Positions 37,044 to 49,956 of a stretch of 64,000 nucleotides of DNA are shown here, in pieces. The notes below the pieces were generated by a model that was not told where the DNA came from, made no database searches, and saw nothing but the letters and a program-made list of their open reading frames with translations. A program made the translations under genes and the position numbers. Origin of the DNA: Mobula hypostoma (taxonomy: Eukaryota); contig NC_086097.1 in assembly GCF_963921235.1 (NCBI RefSeq), positions 7,998,001 to 8,062,000 on the forward strand. The letters are read 5' to 3'. Each line of letters starts with the position of its first letter. The stretch's first letter is position 1.

Positions 37044-37849
37044 TGACATGCCCCCACAACGATGAAACCTCTTTTTACTGGGCATCTCTGGAAAACTGGC
37101 TCATTAGCCCTTCGCTAACAGCCACTGGACTCCACAGCGAGAACACGCCTTTCTCGGGCTTTGTACATTTAAGGTGTATACGACTTTGGTCCTGCCAAAC
37201 CTGTGAGGTTGAATGTCTCACCCACCCAAACCCCAGTTTGTGTGAATGCTGTGTGATTTACTCCCCTCGGCAATCGCCTTTCAGCAAGAAATAACATCAT
37301 GCACTGCATTCAGTTATAAAGAAGTATATTTAAGAATTTTAACTTAAGCAAACCGTTATTAAAGGAAAGAAAGAAAAATAATAAAAAGGGCCCATTGTTC
37401 TTAAAAAGTGAAATGTGCACTTAAGTTGGAGCTTATCTTGAACTTGTCTGTAAGTCAGGCGCGGAACCCTCGGTCTGTGTGAATGTTGCTCAAAATCCAT
37501 CTTGAACAAACAGGTCTCCCACGGGAGTATTGGTCCTTCCTCCTTGAAGATATTCATCTGAATAAAACACCTTGTGCAAAAGAGATGCCATCTTCCCTCC
37601 TGTCTTCTCCCAGCTCCCTCCAAAAAAGATCTCAACTGACACGAGTGCCCCTCACAAAACCTCTCTGCCCAGAACCTTCTCCCAATTCCACCATCCTGAT
37701 TGGTTGACACCACGTTCCTAAATTGAATAACAAAGCCTCTAATCTCAGCTCAAACCTAAACAGGCTAAAAGCAGAACAGAGCGCTCTTACAGAACTGCTA
37801 AAGTGAAATACCTACAGCAGAGCAGTAAAATCTTAACCAGGACATTATA
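37044..37849 (-). mobile_element. Possible solo LTR (Gypsy-like)
   Basis: Degenerate inverted termini TGACATGCCC...GGACATTATA and a CCAAT box on the minus strand. Shares GTTTGTGTG.ATGCTGTGTGA with the TGTAGC-starting fragment at 36440-36568. No TSD seen. Confidence 0.4.
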
Positions 37850-38434
37850 TACTATATATCAAATTGGGACTGAAAGGTCCACGATACGATGTCTGCAGGT
37901 GAGTCTCGATGTAAACCAGGAGCACTTTGCTTTAGTTAATTGTTTTCTTCATCATTTAAAGAGGCATTTTGCAAAAACGAAAAAAAAATAATAATAATAA
38001 ATAAGTAATAAATATTGGGAACATGAATTGTAGAGTCCTTGAAACTGAGTCTATAGGTTGAGGATCAGTTCAATGTGGAGTTGAGTGATGTTATCCCCAC
38101 TGGTTCAAGAGCCTGATGGTTGGAGTGTAATAACTGTTTGTGAACTTGGTGTGTGGTCCTGAGGCTCCTGTACCTCCTTCCTGATGACAGCAGTGAGAGA
38201 AGAGCATGACCTGGATGGGTGGGGGTCCTTGATGATTGATGCTTCTTGTAGATGTGTTCAATGGTGGGGAGGGTTTACCCGTGATGTTCTGGGCCATATC
38301 GATCGCTTGTTGTTGGCTTTTCTGGATATTAAATCTAGAAAAGCCTACCCCTTTTGGATATTTAAGGAGTATGAGGCAAGTTGAGGTGAACAAAAACCTG
38401 CCTTGATCTTATAGAGTTATAGAGGCTGAATGGC

Positions 38435-38570
38435 CCAGTCCTGAAGAAAGATCTCAGCCTGAAACGTCAACTGTATATTCATTTCCAAAGATGCTGCCAG
38501 GCCTGCTGAGTTCCTCCAACATTTTGTGTGTGTTGCTTTGGATTTCCTGCATCAGTAGAATCTCTCGTCT
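38435..38570 (+). mobile_element. Penelope-like pLTR fragment
   Basis: CAGTC CTGAAGA AAGATCTCAGCCT GAAA CGTC AACTG (stem II damaged) plus downstream block and tail. Confidence 0.75.
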
Positions 38571-39422
38571 CTTTACTTCTTATCTTTGCATGTGGAGTAT
38601 CAATTGATAAGGGCATGAGGGATATAGATAGGATGAATGCAGACAGTCTTTTACTCAGGGATGGGAAAATAAAAATGTGGAGGCAGAGTCTAAATGTGAA
38701 AGTTGAAAAATTTAAAATGAGCCTGAGTGGAAACTTTACCTCGAGGGTGGTGATATATGGATTGCATTGCCAGAGAAAGTTGTTGAGGTGTGTGCAATAA
38801 CTAGTAAGACATAGACATAGAACAGCACAGCACAATACAGGCTATTTGGTCCTCAACACTGTGCGAATCCTTCAACTCACTCCATTGTCAATCCAACCAC
38901 TCTTTTCCATACTGCCCTCCAGTATTCCCCCATCCAAGAGTCTCCCAAATGTCCCCAATGCACCTGCCTCCACCAACACCACAGGCAGCATGCTCCACAC
39001 ACCAACTACTTAGCACAAAAAACCCTCGGATATTTCCTCCCCCTTGTCTTCCCTCAATCACCCTAAAATTGCCCCTTGTACCTCCACCAGGGTAAAAATT
39101 CTCTGGCTATCCACTCCATCCATGCCCCTCATCATCTTAATCACCTGCATCAAGCGAGCTCTCATTGTCCCGCACTTCAAAGAGAAAAGCCTTAGCTCGC
39201 TCAACCTTTCCTCACAAGACGTTATCACCAATCCAACACTTTTGGATAGGTAAATGAATAGAAGGGATTTAAAGCAATGTGGGCAAGTGGTCTTCATGCA
39301 TACGTTTGACCAAGGGCCTGTATCCATGTTGCCTCCCTCTATGATTCTGTAAATAAAATTCTCCCTGCCAGACGTTCTTATTAGAGGCTGCAGCAATGTA
39401 CTGCACGTCTGATCACCAGTCT

Positions 39423-39670
39423 TGTTGTGAATTTAATATTTCAATAATATTTCATTAATCTTGTATATATATTGTTCGATTAAGCATTTTTATTTATTTA
39501 AATAATTTATTACTTGTATATGTAAAAGTGCATTAATTGCATACGTCATCACGCTACCATGTGATATGTGTGGGCCTCGCTTAAAAGTAGAGACAGTTTT
39601 AGACTTGCATTTTGGACTCCCATGTCTTCTTTTTAATTAGTTTAATATTCTGAAGTTACAAAGCATAACA
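39423..39670. mobile_element. Solo LTR, 248 bp
   Basis: TGTTGTG...CATAACA inverted termini. 5-bp TSD AGTCT (39418-39422) / ATTCT (39671-39675) with 1 mismatch. Confidence 0.65.
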
Positions 39671-42547
39671 ATTCTCTCCTGCATTACAACACTCTCGAGA
39701 AGTGATATTCTAATACATTATTCACCCACACCAAGCCATTTCAACAGATGCTCTGGGACTTAGCTAATGCTTTTGGTTCAAGCCAGTAGAAGCCTTGAGG
39801 CTTGCTGGTTCAATACCATGTACCTCCTGGCAATGGCTGTTTGTGTTCTTGGGCTGACATTGGAGATTTGTCCCGAAAGATAGATGTAACATCGAAGTGA
39901 TTTCACTTTCTTCAAAACTGGGCAATCCTGATTGCATTTACTGAAGGAGTCTGCAGGCCTCTCCAACACTGACTCCTTCCTCAGAAAAATTCTTCATGTT
40001 CGAGAGGTTCTTAAAGTTGAAGAATTCATTATAGCAGTGCCTGTCTCTGTGTTATTGTGGGAGTAAATTCTATTATTCAATGCCAAATATATCCTACAGG
40101 GACTACATTAACTATCCTTTGAAAAGAAAAAGGAAAAATGTAGCTTAATGAAAGTAAATTAAACAAGGCTAAAATCCTATCCTAATAATGATATGACTCA
40201 AAACACTAATTATTTCCACCGATTTCTATAAATAAATGACAATGGGGAATTTGGCTCAGAGTTAAAGCTAGGTCATTATTTCCATTATTTCCCCCGATTG
40301 CGATAAATAGGCAGCAATGGAAAAACCTTCACTCAGCAACTAAGCAACACCTACTCTAGTTTGCAGTTCTATAAAACATTTGTCCTGTTCCAGTTGTACA
40401 AGATTCAAGATTCAAGATTGTTTAATGTCATTTCCAGTACACAAGTGTAAAGGAGAACAAAATAATTTTAACTCTGGATCTCATGCAGCACAAAAAACAC
40501 ACAGCAATAATAATTAAAAAAAAGCACAATTTATATAAATATAAAAGATAGCTTATAGACTTAGATTGATTGTTTGTCCATAAAGTGATGCTAGGCACAG
40601 GAATATCTATACATAAGATGAATCTGAAAGGGAAATTATAAAGCAGTGATGGTTGAGAGCGTGGAGGGGTGGGTTAGTGGGTGGAGGAGTTGTTCAGACT
40701 CACTACTTGAGGAAAGTAATTGTTCTTATGTCTGGTGGTTCTGACATGGATGGTTTGTAGTCTCCTCCCTGATGGAAGTGGGACAACAGTCCATGAGAAG
40801 GGTGGGTGGGATCCTTCATGATGTAATTGACCTTTTTTCTGGCATCTTTCTGTACATATGTCCTTGATGGTGGGTAGGCTGGTGCCTACGTTGCATTAGG
40901 CAGTTTTGACTACCTGTTGTAGAGTCTTTCTATCGTGGCAGTGCAGTTTCCTGTTGGTCACTTTACAGTTGGTTGCAAAACATTGGTCAGGCTGCACATA
41001 TGCTGAAGTCAGCAAAGACAAAAGCAGAGGACAAGCAGGTTTTCATTGTCGACCTATTTTTACCGGTCTTCCTCTCCCTTTTGGTAGCTGCTTTCGGAAG
41101 AAAGTTCAGAAATTTTGGGATCTACGTTGCAAGGATTGATCAGAAAGGTTCTGCACCCACTTTGGGAACTTTGAGGTTCATGTTGAATGTGTTTCTGGAT
41201 TCTTGTTACCTTGTTTTGTTGTTTTTGAGCAGTTTGATGAGAGCGATGGAAACGGGTTGTGGCGCTTCGGCAAAGAATGTCTTTGTGATCTGCAATTGGC
41301 TAGTGGCATGGTGCTGAACTGCACTAGACCCAATATTACTGTACTCTTAGTTTTACGTTTGAAATTCGATGTTCTGCTCACTCACTTTTTGCCGTTTGAA
41401 CAATTTGTGCTTTTCTCACGCGTTGGGAGTCTGATGTTTTCTTAAGTGTGCTCCAAGGTGTTTCTTTGTTTCCTGGTTGCCTGTGGGAAGATGAATCTCT
41501 GAGTTGCATTCTGTACACATACTTTAATGATAAATGTACTTTGAATCTTTGTATAGATTATTTTACATAGCTCTGTTTGTTAAATTACAAGGAAGATATG
41601 ATTACGTGATGAGGAGGTGCAGAAAAGATTCAGAAGCATGGAGCCTGGTGTGGTGGGCTTGAGATAAAAGAGATAGGTTAGGCTTGGATTTTATTCATTG
41701 TTGGTTAGTTTATTTGTGGTAATATTACTTTATGTGTTTTGTGTGAGTGTATGTACTGTGTTGTGCAACATTGTTTCCTTGTACATGTGTATGGTTGAAT
41801 GACAATAAATTTGAACTTGAACTTGAATATTTACTTAGAATAAAGGAGGAACTGAGTAAAATGAGGGTCTTGAGGCTCCTGTATCTTCCTCCTGATGGCA
41901 GCAGTGAGAAGAGAGCATGGCCTGGGTGGTGGGGGTCCCTAATGATGGATTCTGTTTTGCTGTGACAGCGTTTCATATAGATGTGCTCAATGTCGGGAAG
42001 GGCTTTCCCTGTGATAGACTGGGCTGTATCCTCTAATTTTCTGTTCAAGAGCATTGGTAAGGGTCTCTAAAACTAGAGGTTATAGGATTAAGGTGGAAGG
42101 GGGTGGATTAAAGCTAATCTGAGGAGAAATTTCTTGTGCTAAAAGAAATTGCTGTACCAGAAAAACAAATATGATTTGCAGAAGGATATTTCAAGGGCAA
42201 AGAGACAATTTCGAATGAGGTGGGAGGCGACATCGGATGCACGGCAACTTTGACAGTGTCTGCAAGACATTACTTCGTACAAAGCAAAACCCAATAGCGA
42301 GAATGGCAACAATGCTTCACTACCGGATGAACTCAACTCCTTCTATGCCTGCTTTGAAAGGGAGAATATAACTACAGCTGTGAAGATCCCTGCGGCACCT
42401 GATGACCCTGTGATCTCTGTCTCAGGGGTGGATGTTAGGCTGTCTTTAGAGAGTGTGAACCCTCATAAGGCAGAAGGTCCTGATGGAGTACCTGGCAACG
42501 TTTTGAAAACCTGTGCCAACCAACTAGCAGGAGAATTCAAGGACATT

Positions 42548-43630
42548 TTATACTTTATACTTTATTGTCATCAAACAATTGATACCAGAGCGTACAATCA
42601 TCACAGCGATATTTGATTCTGCGCTTCCTACTCCCTGGATAGCCAATATTAAATATTAAAAATATTTAAATAGTAAACATTAGTAAATATTAAAAAATTA
42701 AATTATAAATCATAAATAGAAAATAGAAAAATGGAAGGTAAGGTAGTGCAAAAAAGACCGAGAGGCAGGTCCGGATATTTGGAGGGTACGGCCTAGATCC
42801 GGATCAGGATCTGTTCAGCAGTCTTATCACAGTTGGAAAGAAGCTGTTCCCAAATCTGGCCGTACGAGTCTTCAAGCTCCTGAGCCTTCTCCCGGAGGGA
42901 AGAGGGATGAAAAGTCTGTTGGCTGGATGGGTCGTGTCCTTGATTATCCTGGCAGCACTGCTCCAACAGCGTGCGGTGTAAAGTGAGTCCAAGGATGGAA
43001 GATTGGTTTGTGTGATGTGCTGCGCCGTGTTCACGATCTTCTGCAGCTTCTTTTGGTCTTGGACAGGACAGCTTCCATACCAGGTTGTGATGAACCCTAG
43101 AAGAATGCTTTCTAAGGTGCATCTATAAAAATTAGTGAGGGTTTCAGAGGACAGGCCAAATTTCTTTAGTTTTCTCAGGAAGTAAAGGTGCTGGTGGGCC
43201 TTCTTGGCAGTGAACTCTGCTTGGTTGGACCAAGTCAGGTCATTTGTGATATTGACCCCGAGGAACTTAAAGCTTTTGACCTGTTCCACTTGCGCACCAC
43301 CAATGTAAATTGGGTCGTGTGGTCCGCTACTCCTTCTGAAGTCAACAACCAATTCCTTCATCTTGCTGACGTTGAGGGATAGGTTATTGTCTTTGCACCG
43401 TGCCACCAGGTTCTTAATTTCCTCTCTGTATTCAAACTCATCATTACCCGAAATATAGCCTACAATTGTTGTGTCATCAGCAAACTTATATATTGAGTTT
43501 GATGGAAACTTGGCTACACAATCATGGGTGTACAGTGAGTACAGCAGGGGGCTGAATACACAGCCTTGTGGGGCACCGGTGCTCAGAGTGATTGTAGAGG
43601 AGAGCTTATCCCCTATTTTTACAGCCTGGG
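42548..43630 (-). mobile_element. Rex1/Babar LINE 3' half, young, open frame
   Basis: ORF 42804-43630: TGAPQGCVFSPLLYSLYTHDC..KFADDTT...FKFLGV...SFFPTVIRLLN. (TAAAGTA)n tail. Confidence 0.95.
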
Positions 43631-44069
43631 TTTTAAAACTCTCACTACTCGGGGTGGAAGTTCCCACTTGCTTCAAAACCAGTGCCTAAGAAGAATTTTG
43701 TGAGCTGTTATAATGACTATCGCCCAGTAGCACACACATCTACAGTGATGAAATGCTTTGAGAGGTTGGTCATGACTAGACTAAACTCCTGCCTCAGAAA
43801 GGACCTGGACCCATTGCAATTTGTCTATTGCCACAGTAGGTCAATAGCAGATGCAATCTCAGCGGCTCTTCACATAGCTTTAATCTACCTGGACAACACA
43901 AACACCTATGTCAGGATGCTGGTTATTGACTACAGCTCAGCATTCAATACCAACATCCCTACAATCCTGATTGAGAATTTGCAGAACCCGTGCATCTGTA
44001 CCTGCCTCTGCAATTGGATCCTTGACTTCCTAACCGGAAGACCAAAGGAAGCAGCCCAAGAAACAATGG

Positions 44070-45103
44070 ATGCAAACGGGACCTTTTCAGAATGGCAGGC
44101 AGTGACCAGTGGGGTACTGTTTATAATATATATTAATGACTTAGATGAGGGAATTAAATGCAGCATCTCCAAGTTTGCGGATGACACGAAGCTCGGTGGC
44201 AGTGTTAGCTGTGAGGAGGATGCTAAGTGGATGCAGGGTGACTTGGATAGGTTAGGTGAGTGGGAAAATTCATGGTAGATGCAATTTAATGTGGATAATT
44301 GTGAGGTTATCCACTTTGGTGGCAAAAACAGGTAAACAGATTATTATCTAAATGGTGGCCGGTTAGGAAAAGGGGAGGTGCAACGAGACCTGGGTGTCAT
44401 TATACATCAGTCACTGAAAGTGGGCATGCAGGTACAGCAGGCGGTGAAAAAGGGAATGGTAGCCTGGCATTCATAGCAAGAGGATTCGAGTACAGGAGCA
44501 GGGAGGTACTACTACAGTTGTACAAGGCCTTGGTGAGACCACACCTGGAGTATTGTGTGCAGTTTTGGTCCCCTAATCTGAGGAAAGACATTCTTGTCAT
44601 AGAGGGAGTACAAAGAAGGTTCACCAGATTGATTCCGGGGATGGTAGGACTTTCATAGGATGAAAGACTGGATTGACTAGGTTTATATTCGCTGGATTTT
44701 AGAAGATTGAGGGGGGATCTTATTGAAACATATAAAATTCTAAAGGGATTGGACAGGCTAGATGCAGGAAGATTGTTCCTGATGTTGGGGAAGTCCAGAA
44801 TGAGGGGTCACAGTTTAAGGATAAAGGGGAAGCCTTTTAGAACCGAAATGAGGAAAAACTTCTTCACACAGAGAGTGGTGAATCTGTGGAATTCTCTGCC
44901 ACAGGGAACAGTTGAGGCCAGTTCATTGGCTATATTTAAGAGGGAGTTAGATATGGCCCTTGTGGCTAAAGGGATCAGGGAGTATGGAGAGAAGGCAGGT
45001 ACAGGGTTCTGAGTTGGATGATCAGCCATGATCATACTGAATGGCGGTGCAGGCTCAAAGGGCCGAATGGCCTACTCCTGCACCTATTTTCTATGTTTCT
45101 ATA
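44070..45103 (+). mobile_element. CR1 LINE, 5'-truncated
   Basis: [27 protein letters not shown]...RGDLIETYKILKG. (TTCTATGT) tail. Confidence 0.95.
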
Positions 45104-46524
45104 TAATCTGTGCGGATTGGTGATAACATCTCCTTGTCGCTGATGATCACCACTGGTGCACATCAAGGGTGTGTGCTTAGCCCACTGCTCTAATCTCTAT
45201 ATCCCCATGACTGTGTGGCTAGGCTTAGCTCAAATACCATCTATAAACTTGCTGATGATACAACCATTGTTGGTGGAAACTCAGATGGAGATGAGAGGGC
45301 GTACAGGAGTGAGATAAGCCAACTAGTGGAGTGGTGTCGCAGCAACAACCTGGCACTCAACATCAATAATACGAAAGAGCTGATTGTGGACTTCCAGAAG
45401 GGTAGGATTCAAGGTTCAAGATTCAAAAAACTTTATTGTCATTCTAACCGTACATCAGCTCTGCAGGGCAGAATAAGACAGCATTTCCCAGGGGCAGTGC
45501 AATCATAACATAAACGCAACACTAAATAATAAACATAACAATAAATAGTAAAACACAACAGCCACATGTCAGTTAAAATCAAGTTATAAGTGTCCAGTGC
45601 AACATGAAGGAACACGTACCAATCCTCACAGAGGGATCAGAAGTGGAGAGAGTGAGCAGTTTCAAGTTCCTCAGTGTCAAGATCTCTGAGGATCTAACGT
45701 GGTCCCAACATATCGATGTAGTTATAAAGAATGCAAGACAGTAGCTATACTTCATTAGGAGTCTGAAGAGATTTGGTATGTCAACAAATACTTCTGTAGA
45801 TGTATCGTCGAGAGCATTCTGACAGGCTGCATGGGGGGAGGTTGCTACAGCACAGGACCGAAAGAAACGGCAGAGGGTTGTAAACTTTGTCAGCTTCATC
45901 TTGGGTACTATCCTACAAAGTACCCAGGACATCTTCAAGGAGCGGTGTCTTAGAAAGGCACGTCCATTAGTAAGGACCTCCAGCACCCAGGGCATGCCCT
46001 TTTCTGACTGTTACCATCAGGTAAGAGGTATAGGAGCCAGAAGGCACACACTCAGTGATTCAGGAACAGCTTCTTCCCCTCTGCTACCCAATTCCTAAGT
46101 GGATATTTTACTCATGAACACTATCTCACTTCTTTAATATATATTATTTCTACTTTTGCACAGTTTTTAATCTATTCAATATACATTTACTGTAATTTAT
46201 TTATTTATTATTATTTTATTATTTTTTTCTTCCATATTATATATTGCACTAAACTGTTGCTGCTAAGTTAACAAATTTCACGACACATGCCGATGATAAA
46301 AAAACCTGATTCTGATTCTGAAGTTGGTATCTGAAATGAGCTGCCAGAGAAGGTGCTGAAGGCAAGAACGGTAATAATAATTAGGAGGAAAATTGACAGA
46401 TTGTTGAATGAACAGGACACAGAGGGATGTGGAATTAATGCAGATAGTCATGATGGCATCAACATAATGGGCCGACGGGTCTGTATCTATGCAGTACAAA
46501 TCTATCACTCCCAATCCATAGAGG

Positions 46525-46812
46525 GTGACATCATAGCGTAGTGGTCAGCACTGTGTTTTGCAATACAGGTGGCCCAGTTTCAATTCCCTCTGCTGTCTGT
46601 AAGGAGTTTGTTTGTTCTCTCCGTGACCACATGGAGTTCCTCCCGGTGCTCCAGTTTCCTTTCACAATCCAAAAAAGTACTGATTTGTCAGTTAATTGGT
46701 CACTCTACATTGTCCTGTGATTAGGCTAGGATTGAATCAGGGATTGCTGGATGACATCGCTCAAAAGGCTGGAAAGGCCTGTTCTCTGATTTATCGCTAA
46801 ATAAATAAATAA
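46525..46812 (+). mobile_element. V-SINE (HE1-like)
   Basis: A-box-like TAGCGTAGTGG, B-box-like GTTTCAATTCC, V-domain and (TAAA)n tail. Confidence 0.8.
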
Positions 46813-46952
46813 AACTCCATCAACACCTATGAAGTAGGTTTGAAAGGGAGCACATTAAAATCAAGGACTAATTTCTTTATCCTCTGGCTGTAATTTTCAT
46901 GACACATACAATCGATGATGTTATTAAAACTATTGAAATGCTTAGTCTTATA

Positions 46953-47190
46953 CAGTGGTCCCCAACCACCGGGCCGCGGACTGATACCAGGCCGCGAAGC
47001 ATGCAGGTGTGCAGTGGTAGCCAGGACGCACCCAGCACGTCTTTAAGAAAAAAGTCGAAATAAACAAGCTAATTAATTAGGTGCCGCCCGGCGCATTAAT
47101 GTCGGCCCAGATCAGAGGCGATTGCCGATTGCATAGAGCAAGTGAAATCGGCAATTGCCTCTGATCTGGGCCGACATTTACGTGCCGGGC
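46953..47190. mobile_element. Nested, truncated hAT MITEs
   Basis: Charlie-like end CAGTGGTCCCCAACC at 46953. From 47004 it is the same MITE as 22407, with a palindrome at 47086-47190. Confidence 0.7.
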
Positions 47191-48254
47191 TGGGGTCAGC
47201 CGTCTTATTAAGACATTGCCCAGAAAAAAGTAATGACAAACCACTTCTGAAAAATTTGCCAAGACCAATCATGGTCATGAATGTGGCACATAATGATGAT
47301 GATGAGCCTTGTAAAAATTTGAATTTTATAGCCTAGAAAGTGGCGTTTGTCCTTGCTGGGGTGCTAAGTTGGCACTCATGCTCAATCAGGGACTTGCAAA
47401 AGAAAAAATTGGTGTAAAACCTATTTTTAAAAATCTGGATATGGTTTTACCTGAGTGGTTCCCAGTACCGTAGCATTGATGTCACATTTTTGGTTCAATA
47501 GCTAGAGCTCTGGACCATTGATCCAAAGACATGAGATTGTTCCTGCCCATGGTAGCTCAAGAATTTGATTTCAGGTCTTAAATAAAAGATTTGTAATTAA
47601 TGCAATAGATCTATCAAATGTGTCATTAAAAGTTGTATTTATTAATGCCTTGTTCTAACCTGGATGGTTGACTTTTAGGAGCCTCTTTAGAACAAGGATA
47701 ATTGAGTACGGAGAGAAAATGGTACCATTTCTGATGACACCTACATTGCATGAGCAGGTAACAGCCACCTGAGGTTGTCACATTGACCACTTGGAAGTGA
47801 ATCAGCTGTTAAAGGAGAATTCCTTCTGCCGTCATGGAGGTGGAGGAAATCAGGGAGACTGACATAAATGTGGCCTTCCCCTGTGTGTCTATGCACTCCC
47901 CAGGTAATATTCTGGCCTAATAACATCTGTGTGGTGGATGGCATCAGAGTACAATGAGGGATATGCTCAGCAGGGGAGCGTCAAACGCAGGTCTTACACT
48001 CAGGTACATGACATAGAAACGCTGTTCTTTCTGTCACTGACTGCAGGCAAAGAAGAATGATGCCTTAGTGGGTGATTTTGCATTTGATCTTCTTGCCAAC
48101 TTGACCTTTTTCTTCACTGAAAGTGAAGGTCATTCACAGTCTGTATTCCATGATGATTAGGACAACAACAAGAGACCTTACTCAAACTCACAAGCTCTTA
48201 AAGAAGTTTAACAGAGTGGACGTTGCGATGTTTTTATCAGTAGGATTGTCATGA

Positions 48255-48681
48255 ACCCACCAAGAGGACCACAACCTTGTTGTGTTTTGGAGCCTTGCGT
48301 GCCTTAGTGACCCCAGAGAGCTATACAGGCTGGAGTCTGGGTTTTATGTTTTGGCTCTGGATAGGGTTACCCATGCCAAACAGGTCAAAGAGTAGACCCC
48401 AGACAAAGAGTGGACCACTGGTCCTCCAGGTTCGGGAGTTCAGCTCAGGGCTAACAACCTTGGCTGGTAAAACAAAATTGTTATGGAAACAGCAATGAAG
48501 AATCTTCTACATCTGAGTGCGTTAGTATTCCTGAGTTTCCACCTGGGACTTGCATGACCGACACTAGTGAAAACTGAGAGGAAGCAATTGGCATGATGAA
48601 GGAAGCCCTGAACGCTACCAGAGATGGGGGACCTTCATCGCTGCCCTAATCATCAACAACATAGCTGGCAGTAGTAAGTAA
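48255..48681 (+). mobile_element. Bipartite non-autonomous RTE element (5'UTR plus 3' tail)
   Basis: RTE-like 5' motifs ACAACCTTGTTGTG..GCCTTGCGTG..GAGCTAT..GGGTTACCCATG..CAGGTC and GGTCCTCCAGGTT..GGGCTAACAACC. 3' end reads W.TF.AAL-like with a (GTAA)n tail. Confidence 0.65.
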
Positions 48682-49514
48682 CCGAGTCATGAACAACAGA
48701 CACAGTTACAAATAATGGGGCTAGTCAATTGGACAAGAAGTGCATAAAAGCATTGCTGAGATCATACTGAACCTCTAAATTCAACATTCAAAAATGTATT
48801 ATCAAAGTACACATATGTCACCATATACAACCCTAAGATTCATTTCCTTGTGGGCATATGCAGTAATTTCAAGAACCATGATACAGTGTACCCAAAAGGA
48901 CAGACGAACAATCAGTGTGCAAAGACATCATACTATGCAAGTACAAAATAATAATAATAATAATAATAATTAATATCAAGAACATGAGAAGAAGAGTCTT
49001 TGAAAGTGAGTCTATAGGTTATGGGAACAGTTCAGTGATGGGACAAGTGAAGTTGAGTGAAGTTACCCCCACTGTTTCAAAAGCCTAATGGCTGAGGGGT
49101 AATAACTGTTCCTGAACCTGACAGTGTGGGTCCTGAGGCTCCTGTACCTGCTTCCTGGTGTCAGCAGTGAGAAGAGGGGATGAGCTGGGTGGAACGCGTC
49201 CTTGACGATGGACACAGCTTTCCTGAGTCTCTGTCCCAAAGGCTGATGCAGATCAGATGACAAGTATATTGGAAGTGTACATTAATAAATACCTGAAAGA
49301 TCAAGAAAGTGAGAGTAAGAGGGAAGAGGTGCTGAAAAGGAATTGGAACTAATCTTAATCAACCGTGATCATATTGAATGGTGGGACTGGTGGCATTACT
49401 CTAATCTTGATTTTCTCTGTCCTTATGTGAAGATTGCAGGTTGGAAGTTGCTCTTGTATCTGCTAATTTCTATCAGTAAATGTGGAAGTAACTACTCTCC
49501 ACTGAATGAAGTTT

Positions 49515-49775
49515 TTTTAAATCTAGAGGCACATCTCAGACCAGGTCCTTCCTGCCCAACAAGCAGCATTGCGTAGCAACCCACCTATTTAACTCTAGCC
49601 TAATCACAACACAATTTACAATGACCAATTAACCTACTAATCAATACATCTCTGGACTGTGGGCGGAAACCAGAACACTCGGAGAAAACCCATACATTCA
49701 TGGGAAGGACCTACAATCTCCATACAGACGACGCCGGAATTGAACTTCCTACCCCGAATGCCACACTATTGTGGC
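49515..49775 (-). mobile_element. V-SINE (HE1-like)
   Basis: Reverse-complement V-domain GTGGGCGGAAACCAGAACACTCGGAGAAAACCCA. Confidence 0.7.
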
Positions 49776-49956
49776 ACCATTATCATATATTAAAAGTGCA
49801 ATTGATCAGAATCAGAACAAGAACCAGATTTATCACTGACTTATACGATGAGAAGTGTGTTGTTCGATGGCTGCAGTACAGCGCAAAGACATAAAAGAGG
49901 CTGACAAAGGGTCTCAGCCCGAAACATTGACTGGTTATTCGTTTCCGTAGATACTG

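Larger units (their letters stand above)
42145..46321 (+). mobile_element. Rex1/Babar LINE split into four pieces by three later insertions
   Basis: Colinear pieces 42145-42547 (KAEGPDGVPG..LKTCA.QLA), 43631-44043 ([28 protein letters not shown]), 45104-45405 (ADDTT..WC..NNL) and 45603-46321 with a (CTGATT)n tail. Confidence 0.85.

Noticed and set aside
39778..39969. 63-aa minus-strand ORF in unique DNA
   Set aside because: No recognisable homology or exon structure.
46525..46600. tRNA gene
   Set aside because: A/B-box-like head of a V-SINE. It has no cloverleaf and continues into the SINE body.
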